32,000 nt of DNA from Candidatus Pelagibacter sp. HTCC7211 (GCF_000155895.1 NZ_DS995298.1:660001-692000); one strand, 5' to 3'. Counted from the first letter of the stretch, positions 15,304 through 23,780 are shown. Numbers and translations are program-made. Notes: a model not told the origin generated them from the sequence alone.

Positions 15304-16407
15304 TTATAAATTATATTTTCTCTTTAAATGTCTCAGCTTTCCTTCAGTGCTGTCATAATCAATATAACAACCTTGTAGAAATCTATCTCCTTCGCTAGTT
15401 TTGTAAGCGGTTCTTCCATGAAGTAATCTATAATTATCCATCATCATCAAATCTTTTTCCTCAAGTTTAAATTCTATTCTATATTTGTCTGAATTATACA
15501 TTTCAGATAATTTTTTACGTGCTCTATAATATAAATCTAGTTTTTCTTTTTCTAATATTGGTACAAAATCTAATCTAGGACTAAACCTAATTTGTTTTAA
15601 AGATTTATCATCATTTAGTTTTATTAATTCAGACCAATCTTCTAAAACAACTTCTTTATCAATAAATTTAAATTTAACCTTTACTTCGGATAAAATTTTA
15701 TAAAAATCTGGATTTTCAGTTTTTAAATCTTCAGTAACAGTGTAACCATCTACTAATGTTGATAACCCCCCAGACACTTTGCTTATTATACAATGGAGTA
15801 ATTGAATACAAGGAACAGGATTACGATAAGGATTATCAGTATGAGGCGCTAAAGCGAGTGAAGTGTAGGCTAAATCATTTGGATTTGGTTTTGATTTTAC
15901 ATCAAAATATTCTCCAAAATTAGTTCTTCTCACACTTCCAATTGAATTTGCAAATTTTACAATAAAATTATCTTCTGTTGGTATATTCTTAATTACTACA
16001 AACCCATATTTATAAAAAGACACTAGCAAATCATGCATTTCTTTACTCTCAAAAAAATTATCTTGATATCTAAAGTTTTTTATATCTTTTAAAGTTGAGT
16101 CCCATTTTATTTTAGTAATAGGCTTTATAACAGTATCTTCATTTGAAAATTCTTGAGCAATTTTATTAATCTCTATTTTTGAACTTACGCCATCATTAAA
16201 ATCTATTTCTAAAAAATTTTCATTAATATTTGCTTTATTAATACTTATTTCATTATCTAATGATGTAGGATCAAATAATCTTTGTTGAGTTCCTTTATCT
16301 AAAAATTCCTCTCCATCAACTCTTTCTCTTAGCCAGAAAGGATGTATTTCTTTTTTTAATGAACCGTTGTTAAAGTAAATTTTGTTTTCGTTGAGTTCGA
16401 TTTTCAT
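15304..16407 (-). CDS. Gamma-butyrobetaine dioxygenase-like Fe(II)/2-oxoglutarate dioxygenase (TauD/BBOX family with N-terminal DUF971-like domain)
   Basis: 367 aa. N-terminal HPFWLRE motif, HxD triad region LAPHTDNPYRNPVPCIQLLHC, and C-terminal LHGRTAY. Closely resembles the BBOX / trimethyllysine hydroxylase pattern. Confidence 0.8.
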   Translation of the reverse strand: MKIELNENKIYFNNGSLKKEIHPFWLRERVDGEEFLDKGTQQRLFDPTSLDNEISINKANINENFLEIDFNDGVSSKIEINKIAQEFSNEDTVIKPITKIKWDSTLKDIKNFRYQDNFFESKEMHDLLVSFYKYGFVVIKNIPTEDNFIVKFANSIGSVRRTNFGEYFDVKSKPNPNDLAYTSLALAPHTDNPYRNPVPCIQLLHCIISKVSGGLSTLVDGYTVTEDLKTENPDFYKILSEVKVKFKFIDKEVVLEDWSELIKLNDDKSLKQIRFSPRLDFVPILEKEKLDLYYRARKKLSEMYNSDKYRIEFKLEEKDLMMMDNYRLLHGRTAYKTSEGDRFLQGCYIDYDSTEGKLRHLKRKYNL

Positions 16408-16474
16408 ACTATTAATCTAAGAATTATTTAAAATTTAACTTTATTCAACATAAATAAAATAGTAAGAGTTTGAT

Positions 16475-17281
16475 GTGGATCAGTTTAATTCAAAAAATTA
16501 CCCTATTTATGCTAATTTTTTAAACAAGTTAGCAAAAGAACTAACAAGGTTTTATTATTCTAAATTAAACAAACCATTCAAAATCTCAAATAAACTGAAA
16601 GGAAAGGGGTACGATCCTGTAACAACGTCAGATAAGGCTTTTGAGAAATTTATAAGACTTAAAATAAAAAAGAAATTTCCAGACCATCAAGTTATTGGTG
16701 AGGAGTTTGGTCATAAAAAATCAAAAAGTGATTTTACTTGGATAATTGATCCAATCGATGGAACTAGATCATTTGTAATTGGTAACCCTACTTGGAGTAA
16801 TTTGATTTCTCTAAATTACAAAGGAATTCCAATTTTAGGATTAGCAAATTTTCCAGTACTCAAAAAATATTACCTTAATTATTCGAATAAAATTGCTTAT
16901 GTGGTTAATAATGGGATAAGAAAAAAAATTTCAGTTAATAAGAAAGCTGCATTTAAAAATGTAAAAGTTTCAGCTGCATTCCATGGTTGGTTACCCTTAA
17001 ATAAACAAAAAAAAATTCCTCAAATTTTAAAATTAATGCAATTTCCTTGTAGTGATGCTTTGAGCTATTCTCATCTTGCTGAAGGTAGAGTTGATATTGT
17101 AATTCAATGTTCTAATAAGATTTGGGACATACATCCACTTATACCAATAATTAAAGCTGCTGGAGGATATATTTCAACTTGGGATAATAGAGATGCTATA
17201 AATGCTGGAAACATTTTAGTATCTTCAAATAAAATTATTCATAATAAATTTTTAAAATTGTTAAAACCGGTTTCAAAATGA
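16475..17281 (+). CDS. Inositol monophosphatase family protein (possibly histidinol-phosphatase HisN-type)
   Basis: 268 aa with a GTG start. Motifs GEEFG, WIIDPIDGTRSF and WDIHP. A specific substrate cannot be assigned from sequence alone. Confidence 0.8.
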   Translation: MDQFNSKNYPIYANFLNKLAKELTRFYYSKLNKPFKISNKLKGKGYDPVTTSDKAFEKFIRLKIKKKFPDHQVIGEEFGHKKSKSDFTWIIDPIDGTRSFVIGNPTWSNLISLNYKGIPILGLANFPVLKKYYLNYSNKIAYVVNNGIRKKISVNKKAAFKNVKVSAAFHGWLPLNKQKKIPQILKLMQFPCSDALSYSHLAEGRVDIVIQCSNKIWDIHPLIPIIKAAGGYISTWDNRDAINAGNILVSSNKIIHNKFLKLLKPVSK

Positions 17282-17841
17282 TCCCAGTTAAAGCTCAGGA
17301 AATTTTAGATTTTTGGTTTAAGGAAACACCATCAGAGAAAAGATTTAAAAAAGATGATGCATTTGATCAAACTATAAGAGATAGATTTTTAAATGATTAT
17401 GAACTTGCAAGTCAAAATGAATACGATGATTGGCAAGATCAACCAATGAGCGCTCTAGCATTAGTTATTCTTTTTGATCAATTCTCTAGAAATATGTTTA
17501 GAGATGATAAAAAAGCTTTTGCACAAGATCACAAAACAAGACTAATTGTGAATGATGCGGTTTATGCTGGTTATCTTGAAGCAATGAATGAAAGCCAAAG
17601 GTTCTTTATGATTTTACCTCTTATTCATAGTGAAGAGATTACAGATCATGATATGGCATATTATTTATTGAATAAATATTTAAGAGAGCACGAAGGTTAT
17701 GTACAAATTAAAAAATTTTGGCAAGATCACACTAAAGCTATACGTCAATTCCACAGATACCCTCATAGAAATAAAATTCTTGGAAGAGAGTCTACTGAAG
17801 AAGAAATCGCATTCTTAAATAGACCTAATTCATCTTGGTAA
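17278..17841 (+). CDS. DUF924 family protein
   Basis: 187 aa. Motifs LDFWF, LFDQFSRNMFR, PLIHSE and FHRYPHRNKILGRESTEEE. ATGA overlap with the upstream gene. Confidence 0.85.
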   Translation: MIPVKAQEILDFWFKETPSEKRFKKDDAFDQTIRDRFLNDYELASQNEYDDWQDQPMSALALVILFDQFSRNMFRDDKKAFAQDHKTRLIVNDAVYAGYLEAMNESQRFFMILPLIHSEEITDHDMAYYLLNKYLREHEGYVQIKKFWQDHTKAIRQFHRYPHRNKILGRESTEEEIAFLNRPNSSW

Positions 17842-17844
17842 TAA

Positions 17845-18189
17845 ATGAATTTAAAATTTGTTTATAAAATCATTAATAACGATGAATTGCAAAAAGCTAA
17901 ATTATCTGGAACTTATTCAGGATCCTCTAAAGATATTAAGGATGGCTATATTCATTTTTCAGGTCAAGATCAGGTTGAGAGCACTCTTCAAAAATATTAC
18001 AAAGGACAGCAAAACCTAATATTGCTTAAAATAGAAACTTTAAATTTAGACCATTTAGTTTGGGAGCAAGCTTCAGACGGTAATTTTTTTCCGCATTTAT
18101 ATTCTTCACTTGATTTAGCTAATATAGCTCATGAATATGAAATTATTTTACAAGATGACGGAAGTCACAAATTACCAGATAGCTATTAA
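17845..18189 (+). CDS. DUF952 family protein
   Basis: 114 aa. Motifs VYKI, DGYIHFS, LILLKIE and FFPHLY match my recollection of the DUF952 pattern. Confidence 0.75.
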   Translation: MNLKFVYKIINNDELQKAKLSGTYSGSSKDIKDGYIHFSGQDQVESTLQKYYKGQQNLILLKIETLNLDHLVWEQASDGNFFPHLYSSLDLANIAHEYEIILQDDGSHKLPDSY

Positions 18190-18190
18190 T

Positions 18191-18418
18191 CTATTCTTTT
18201 GATGCAATTTTATTTACCAAGGGTCTCATCAAGGGAGCCATTGTAAAAGCTGCAATTAAAGCAACTGGAAATGCAAACATCCAAGAATAGAGCCATCTAT
18301 CAACAAAGCCATCTGACAAACTTGTGTTCACTGCCACAACAACTCCACTCATTATAACGCTCATTCCAAAAGACATAAAAATCATAAACAAAGGTTGTGC
18401 ATATTTTTTTGAAATCAT
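18191..18418 (-). CDS. DUF2798-like small membrane protein
   Basis: 75 aa with two TM helices (MSFGMSVIMSGVVVAVN ... W.YSWMFAFPVALIAAF). GGGAG lies 10 nt upstream. Starts 2 nt after the SMR gene. Confidence 0.7.
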   Translation of the reverse strand: MISKKYAQPLFMIFMSFGMSVIMSGVVVAVNTSLSDGFVDRWLYSWMFAFPVALIAAFTMAPLMRPLVNKIASKE

Positions 18419-18420
18419 AT

Positions 18421-18753
18421 TTAGTTGTCTCCCAATAAATTTACCATCAAAACACCAGCAATGATTAATGCTAAACCGATTAATGAATATAAATTTGGTA
18501 TCTGATTAAATCTAAACACTCCAACGATTACAGTTGCAATAATTGTTAAACCTGCAAATGATGCATAAGTAATCCCCATTGGAATATTTTTCATTACCAT
18601 TGAAAGGGCATACATACACATAACAATTGTAATCCCTGTAATAATACTTGGAAAAAAGAGAGTAAATCCTTCAGCACTTTTAGCAAAACTGTTTGAGGTT
18701 ACTCCTAAAAGAACTGCTAAAACTAAAAATAAATATGAACTTAATAGACTCAT
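18421..18753 (-). CDS. Small multidrug resistance (SMR, EmrE/SugE-like) family transporter
   Basis: The 4-TM, ~110-aa core begins MSLLSSYLFLVLAVLLGVTSNSFAK. Trimmed from the track start (18849), whose N-terminal extension overlaps the upstream gene. Confidence 0.8.
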   Translation of the reverse strand: MSLLSSYLFLVLAVLLGVTSNSFAKSAEGFTLFFPSIITGITIVMCMYALSMVMKNIPMGITYASFAGLTIIATVIVGVFRFNQIPNLYSLIGLALIIAGVLMVNLLGDN

Positions 18754-18790
18754 TCTTAACTTTAAATGAATTTTGTTGGAATATATAGAA

Positions 18791-19381
18791 TTATTTAAAT
18801 GACCACTTGATAGCATCTTCCATTCGATCATCTCCCCAAAAGAGTTCATTTTTCACAATAAAAGATGGACTACCAAAGATTTTATTTTCTCTTGCTGAAT
18901 TAGTATTTTCAGAATATTTGTTTTCAATATCAGATGATTTTGATTCAGAAATTATTTCATCTTTATTAAGATTTAATTCTTCACAAACTTCTGAAATACT
19001 TGGATCTATTGCTGGTTCTTTACCTTCTTGAAACCATTTTTTATAAGTTGAAATAACAAATTTTTCTCCCCAACCTTTTTTTAAACCAAGAATTGCAATT
19101 TTATTAGCTAAATCAAATTCAGATAATGGGTATGGAACAGGTGTTTTTGCAAAAAAACCATATCCTTCTGCACGCCTTTCAATGTCCCTCCACATATAAT
19201 TTACTTTATTCATCTTATCTTTTGGAAATGGGATATTGTTCATTTCCTGCATGATTGCTCTAACTGAAAATGGTTTCCAATTAAATTTAACTTGATGTTT
19301 TTTTTCAACATCAAGTATTCTTGTGACAGATAGATAGGTATAAGTACTTCCTATCGAGAAATAGAAGTCTATACAACTCAC
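18791..19381 (-). CDS. DsbA-fold 2-hydroxychromene-2-carboxylate (HCCA) isomerase-like protein
   Basis: 196 aa. N-terminal IDFYFSIGSTYTYLS (no CxxC) and C-terminal FGSPSFIV..ELFWG.DR, as in the HCCA isomerase / DsbA-like thioredoxin family. GTG start immediately after the upstream stop. Confidence 0.75.
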   Translation of the reverse strand: MSCIDFYFSIGSTYTYLSVTRILDVEKKHQVKFNWKPFSVRAIMQEMNNIPFPKDKMNKVNYMWRDIERRAEGYGFFAKTPVPYPLSEFDLANKIAILGLKKGWGEKFVISTYKKWFQEGKEPAIDPSISEVCEELNLNKDEIISESKSSDIENKYSENTNSARENKIFGSPSFIVKNELFWGDDRMEDAIKWSFK

Positions 19382-19702
19382 TTATTTTGGTATTTTTGTA
19401 GCACCTGTTTCAAGTGAAATCATTTTTCCATCTTGATACTTAAATACAGCCATCACTGCTTCTGTGTTTCCATCATTAAACGTAACAAATGCGTGTTCAA
19501 CACCGATTTCATCATTTTCAAATAAAACTCTAATTTTATCTCTCTTAATGTCTCCACTCATTGCCCATTTGATTACATCTGCTTTTCCTAAAACATTACC
19601 TGATGCATGCATTGTAAACTTATAATCATCATGTAAAATTTCATTCATTGCAGCTTCATCTTTTGCTTCCATAGCCGCATTATACTTTGCTAATATTGAC
19701 AT
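19382..19702 (-). CDS. NTF2/SnoaL-like small protein
   Basis: About 106 aa from the ATG at 19702, which is preceded by GGGGAGA. The helix-then-beta-sheet pattern (AAMEAKDEAAMNEILHDDYKF...) is typical of NTF2-like cone folds. This assignment is by pattern only. Confidence 0.55.
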   Translation of the reverse strand: MSILAKYNAAMEAKDEAAMNEILHDDYKFTMHASGNVLGKADVIKWAMSGDIKRDKIRVLFENDEIGVEHAFVTFNDGNTEAVMAVFKYQDGKMISLETGATKIPK

Positions 19703-19704
19703 AT

Positions 19705-20055
19705 TTATTCTCCCCACATTCCATGGAACTCATAGACCACTGCTTCTTCATTTCCAACAACCCATCCATCATGTCCAGGTTGAATTGAATATGCATCTCC
19801 AGCTTTATAAGTTAATTCAGTTCCATCATTATGTTTAGCACAAACAGCTCCAGAAACAATTACACCAAGATGTGTTGCTTGACAACTGTCACCACCAACT
19901 GTTGGTTTAATGTCTTTAGACCACTGCCAACCAGGTTGTAATGTAAGTTTCATTACTCTTTGATTTCCAACTTTTACTGCTTCAATTTTGGCATTTTTAA
20001 AATTATTATTAACTTCATCAGCCTTATCGAAATTTTTTACTTCTACACCAGCCAT
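19705..20055 (-). CDS. Cupin domain protein
   Basis: 116 aa. Cupin_2-like beta-barrel pattern (THLGVIVSG......DG.E......GD.Y.I.PGHDGWVVG.E..V..EF). GGAGG SD. Confidence 0.7.
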   Translation of the reverse strand: MAGVEVKNFDKADEVNNNFKNAKIEAVKVGNQRVMKLTLQPGWQWSKDIKPTVGGDSCQATHLGVIVSGAVCAKHNDGTELTYKAGDAYSIQPGHDGWVVGNEEAVVYEFHGMWGE

Positions 20056-20073
20056 TATTCCTCCAAAGTTATA

Positions 20074-20361
20074 CTAAGCATTAAAATCTATAATATCATC
20101 TGTACACTCAACAAATTTATGAGGTTCATAAAAATCATTCATAGACTCTAATTGTTTATTAATTGCATCTGGATCAGTACCTTTCCACCAACAATACATA
20201 GTTAAATTATCACCCGGTGTGCTCCAGCTCATTTGACATTTTGCATTTTCACTTGTCATTGCTTTGGTCATATCTTCCATAGACATTGAGCCAGTAACTT
20301 CTATCATTTTAGCTTTAGCTTCTTTAGACTTAAAAGTGTGCGTTACCATGTAGTTTTTCAT
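20074..20361 (-). CDS. Small alpha+beta protein, DUF4242-like (tentative)
   Basis: 95 aa. MKNYMVTHTF... and ...MYCWWKGTDPDAINKQL resemble the DUF4242 pattern as I recall it. GGAAGGA SD. Confidence 0.5.
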   Translation of the reverse strand: MKNYMVTHTFKSKEAKAKMIEVTGSMSMEDMTKAMTSENAKCQMSWSTPGDNLTMYCWWKGTDPDAINKQLESMNDFYEPHKFVECTDDIIDFNA

Positions 20362-20364
20362 TTT

Positions 20365-20661
20365 TTATCCTTCCTTTTTTTTAGTTAAATCATAGATTGT
20401 GTAGCTACCAAGCACATCATCCATAATAGGTTTTGATACTTCAGTACCTTCAATAAATTTATACAAAGCTGCTTCGTCAGTACAAAATATTTTAAACATC
20501 ACTGCACTTTTGTCAGGAGTTACAGATCCAATTGTTTTTTCTACAACCGCAACTTTTGCTCTTTCAGCCAAACCCTCAGGAGATTGCATAAATCCCATAA
20601 ACTTTTCGAATTTACCTTCTCCTTCTTTAAACTTAGCTACTACTAACATTTCTTTTTCCAT
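20365..20661 (-). CDS. Small ferredoxin-like (dimeric alpha/beta-barrel type) hypothetical protein
   Basis: 98 aa from the ATG at 20661, preceded by AAGGAGA. Beta-alpha-beta-beta-alpha-beta hydrophobic periodicity. The longer track ORF overlaps the upstream gene. Confidence 0.5.
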   Translation of the reverse strand: MEKEMLVVAKFKEGEGKFEKFMGFMQSPEGLAERAKVAVVEKTIGSVTPDKSAVMFKIFCTDEAALYKFIEGTEVSKPIMDDVLGSYTIYDLTKKKEG

Positions 20662-20674
20662 TTGTTCTCCTTTA

Positions 20675-21049
20675 TTAATAAAGCGTTTGTATAACTTTTT
20701 TAACTCTTTCTTTTCCATTAGGAATTAAGTTTTCTAAAAAAGTATGACAAACGTCTGTTTTTTGTTTATCGTATTTTGAGCCATAATGCTTATCAACAGC
20801 TTTATTAACTCCTTCATCCCATTTAGTTTCAGCTATACCAATTTCTAAAGCGTAAGCTTTAAAAACTTTAACTGAAGCCATTGATTTTTCTTTCATACTA
20901 TATTCAAATGTCTCACCAGATGGTAAAAAGTAATTTGCCATGTATATACCGCTGCAGTCCCAAGCTTTTTCTTTATCTGAGTCATTCATACCTGCATATG
21001 AGTTTGTGATAAGTATTACTGAAATTATAATTAAATATATTTTTTTCAT
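20675..21049 (-). CDS. Secreted hypothetical protein (124 aa)
   Basis: Sec signal peptide MKKIYLIIISVILITNSYA from the ATG at 21049. The mature part is mostly helical with two Cys residues. No family recognised. Confidence 0.55.
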   Translation of the reverse strand: MKKIYLIIISVILITNSYAGMNDSDKEKAWDCSGIYMANYFLPSGETFEYSMKEKSMASVKVFKAYALEIGIAETKWDEGVNKAVDKHYGSKYDKQKTDVCHTFLENLIPNGKERVKKVIQTLY

Positions 21050-21053
21050 AATC

Positions 21054-21542
21054 TTAATATTTGTATTCACCAGACATTTGGTTCATTGAAGTAGAAAATC
21101 CTGGAGCTTTAGATTTTAAGTTTTGTCTACTTGAAAAACCAGAACCAGTAATATTTTCATATTTTCCAGTTCCTTTTATAATTTCGAAAGTACCAGTTCC
21201 ACCAACTCCACCAGTTCCTTCACCTTCATATTTCATGTAAACGCTTTCACCATCAAATAAATCAAACCTACACATACCAGTTTCATCTGTAAATTTACCA
21301 GCCTGTAAAGTTAATCCACCAATACAATGCATTGTTGATTTATTAAAAATACTATCAGCAGTATCATCTGATAAACCTGCAATACCATCGTATGTAACTG
21401 ACATATCACCTTTACCAGCATTCATTACATTTACTTTCCATGCACCCATACCACTTGCATTAAATTTTCCTGATGTATGTCCATCAGCAAAAGATAGAGT
21501 TGATATTAAACTTAAAATTATTGTAGATATTATTGTTTTCAT
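21054..21542 (-). CDS. Secreted Gly-rich beta-rich hypothetical protein (162 aa)
   Basis: Signal peptide MKTIISTIILSLISTLSFA. The mature region has GEGTGGVGGTGTFEIIKGTGKYENITGSG, reminiscent of small beta-barrel (AOC/dirigent-like) proteins. AAGGA SD. Confidence 0.6.
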   Translation of the reverse strand: MKTIISTIILSLISTLSFADGHTSGKFNASGMGAWKVNVMNAGKGDMSVTYDGIAGLSDDTADSIFNKSTMHCIGGLTLQAGKFTDETGMCRFDLFDGESVYMKYEGEGTGGVGGTGTFEIIKGTGKYENITGSGFSSRQNLKSKAPGFSTSMNQMSGEYKY

Positions 21543-21560
21543 TTTTATTCCTTTCTTTTA

Positions 21561-21830
21561 TTAGTCTGAGCAAGCAACCATTATGGTTGTCTCTTGTTTG
21601 TGACCTGATTGTTTGATTAATTCCTGATTTAGTGGTTCCTGCATAAATTTTTGCATTGTATCCACTTCAGGTGTTTCCATTACAATGTGAACTTTATTAT
21701 TATTTTCTAATTCGTTACCCACATAAATTGACTTGATATTAGCTTTTTCTCTAGCCTCTGAATGAGCATCGAAGGTTTTTTTCCAATGTACCCAATCATT
21801 TACCTCAAAGCTTCCAACTATTTTTACCAT
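21561..21830 (-). CDS. Small ferredoxin-like (ABM/Dabb-type) hypothetical protein
   Basis: 89 aa. The pattern VKIVGSFEV.DW..W...F......R....IKS.YVG......NKVHIVME....D....FM is typical of small alpha/beta-barrel proteins. AGGAG SD. Confidence 0.5.
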   Translation of the reverse strand: MVKIVGSFEVNDWVHWKKTFDAHSEAREKANIKSIYVGNELENNNKVHIVMETPEVDTMQKFMQEPLNQELIKQSGHKQETTIMVACSD

Positions 21831-21848
21831 GTTATCTCCTTAATTTAT

Positions 21849-22160
21849 CTATTCACTAAAGATAGGTCTTATCTCATCTTCAATAGTTCCTTCTATTGCA
21901 ACATCTTTTAATTGTTCTTGAAGTTTTTGATATTCAGGGTCAGCTGACATATTCGCATCAGCTTCATTATCACCTTCGAACATAGTTCCAATTAAAGTTT
22001 CTCTTATTGTTCTTGGATCTCCACCCATTTGAAATGAAAAATAAACTTCATGGTTAGGGTAATGTTTTTTTCTAACTGTCGCTAAACCTCTTCCAATCTC
22101 CATAGCTTTTCCTAAGCTATCATCTTTTACTCTCATTGTTCTAGTGTAAATTACTTTCAT
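21849..22160 (-). CDS. Small ferredoxin-like hypothetical protein, first gene of the array
   Basis: 103 aa with beta-alpha-beta-beta-alpha-beta patterning. Very strong SD (GAGGAGG). Preceded by a roughly 200-nt spacer. Confidence 0.5.
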   Translation of the reverse strand: MKVIYTRTMRVKDDSLGKAMEIGRGLATVRKKHYPNHEVYFSFQMGGDPRTIRETLIGTMFEGDNEADANMSADPEYQKLQEQLKDVAIEGTIEDEIRPIFSE

Positions 22161-22368
22161 TGACCTCCTCTGCTAATATTAGATGTTATCCTTATTAGCA
22201 TCTTGTTACATATTTGTTAAAAGGTCGTGCGTCATATTTGAATAACATGTATGCAAAAAATTCATTCAATTATAAATTGAAAAATACCTCAAATGGGATT
22301 TAAAACTTAAAATAGTTTATTTTGTTCTAAATATTCGCATTAAAAAAAATTTGTGATAAGAATTATTT

Positions 22369-22782
22369 ATGATTGAAAATTTTAATGGAATTTTTTATTT
22401 AATTATTTTTTTACTACATTTTATTGGTGTAGGTGCTTATGCTTATCAAATGATAATAGGAAACAAAAAATTTAGAGAAAAATTTGAAATAGATGCGTCA
22501 GCAGCTACGATTATGAGAATGGCTGGAGCTTTATTTCTTGGCTCATTTTTGATGGCAATTTATATTTTGTTTGTAAGACCAAATGGAGTTGAAGGAACTT
22601 GGGCATTTTTTAATTTAGTTTTCGTGCAAAATCTTTGTATTCTAATAGTTAATACTTATTCAATTAAGATTGATAAAACTGGTGTTATGAACGACTCTAA
22701 TGAAGGAGTTATAGCACCATTAGTTTTTACAATATTAAGTGCAGTCCTTATCTACGGATTATCGGATAAAATTTATATCTAA
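22369..22782 (+). CDS. Hypothetical integral membrane protein (4 TM)
   Basis: 137 aa with four hydrophobic helices and no recognisable SD. Its 3' end overlaps the convergent cysK-like gene by 4 nt. Confidence 0.55.
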   Translation: MIENFNGIFYLIIFLLHFIGVGAYAYQMIIGNKKFREKFEIDASAATIMRMAGALFLGSFLMAIYILFVRPNGVEGTWAFFNLVFVQNLCILIVNTYSIKIDKTGVMNDSNEGVIAPLVFTILSAVLIYGLSDKIYI

Positions 22783-23780
22783 AGCCAACTAGGGTAGGGT
22801 AAACCTTTTTCTTCAAGAAACTCTTTATTAAACATTTTTGTTGAGTATTTATCACTTCGATCACATAAGATCGTAACTATAGTTTTTCCAGGACCTAATT
22901 CTTTACCAAGTCTTATTGCCCCTGCAATGTTTACTCCACAACTTGTACCTAAACTTAAACCTTCATTTTGAATTAGATCATAAAGAATAGGTAAAGACTC
23001 GTGATCATCTATAGAATATGCATCATCAATTTTAGCTTCTCCAAAATTTTTTGTTATTCTACTAGAACCAATGCCCTCTGTGATCGATCCACCTTCAGAT
23101 TTTAATTCACCGTTTTTAATATAATTATAAAGTGAAGATCCACTTGGGTCTGATAGATAGATTTTGATATCTTTATTTTTTTCTTTAAGAGCATTGCTTA
23201 CACCTGAAATAGTGCCACCAGTTCCAGAAGAACACACAAACGCATCAACCTTCCCTTCAGTTTGTTCCCAAATCTCTTGACCTGTACCTTCATAATGACC
23301 TTTAGCATTAGCAGTATTATCAAATTGGTTAGCCCATATTACCCCGTTATTATTTGATGATTTAAGTTCATCTGCTAGTCTTGATGCAACTTTAATATAA
23401 TTATTGTCATCTTTATAAGGTTTTGCTGGAACTAATCTTAACTCTGCACCCAGATTTCTAAGTAAATCTTTTTTCTCTTGAGTTTGATTATCATTCATCA
23501 CAATAATTGTTTTATAACCCAGTGAATTTCCTAATAGCCCCAATCCAATTCCTGTATTTCCCGCAGTACCTTCAACAACAATACCACCTTTTGAAATTAA
23601 TTTTTTTTCTTGAGCATCTTTTATTAAAGCAAGCGCTGCTCTATCTTTTACTGATCCTCCAGGATTTAAAAATTCAGCTTTACCATAAATATTACATCCA
23701 GTAATTTCAGAAGCTGCTTTAAGTTTTATTAGAGGAGTGTTACCAATTGATTCAATAAAATTATTTTTTATATTTTTCAT
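22779..23780 (-). CDS. cysK: PLP-dependent cysteine synthase / cystathionine beta-synthase family protein
   Basis: 333 aa. PLP-lysine motif GGSVKDRAA, GTAGNTGIGLG, and GTGGTISG. TAATG overlap with upstream cysE supports a cysteine synthase role. Confidence 0.85.
   Translation of the reverse strand: MKNIKNNFIESIGNTPLIKLKAASEITGCNIYGKAEFLNPGGSVKDRAALALIKDAQEKKLISKGGIVVEGTAGNTGIGLGLLGNSLGYKTIIVMNDNQTQEKKDLLRNLGAELRLVPAKPYKDDNNYIKVASRLADELKSSNNNGVIWANQFDNTANAKGHYEGTGQEIWEQTEGKVDAFVCSSGTGGTISGVSNALKEKNKDIKIYLSDPSGSSLYNYIKNGELKSEGGSITEGIGSSRITKNFGEAKIDDAYSIDDHESLPILYDLIQNEGLSLGTSCGVNIAGAIRLGKELGPGKTIVTILCDRSDKYSTKMFNKEFLEEKGLPYPSWL

Noticed and set aside
18754-18849. N-terminal extensions of several track ORFs: SMR 18754-18849, small ORF 20662-20718, secreted ORF 21050-21070, NTF2-like 19703-19717, pentapeptide 11458-11472 and moaC 2790-2798.
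   Set aside because: The extensions overlap the preceding gene, start at non-ATG codons or lack an SD. Downstream in-frame ATGs sit right behind SD sequences or begin a canonical signal peptide or family N-terminus. I trimmed the starts accordingly. This is not proven.
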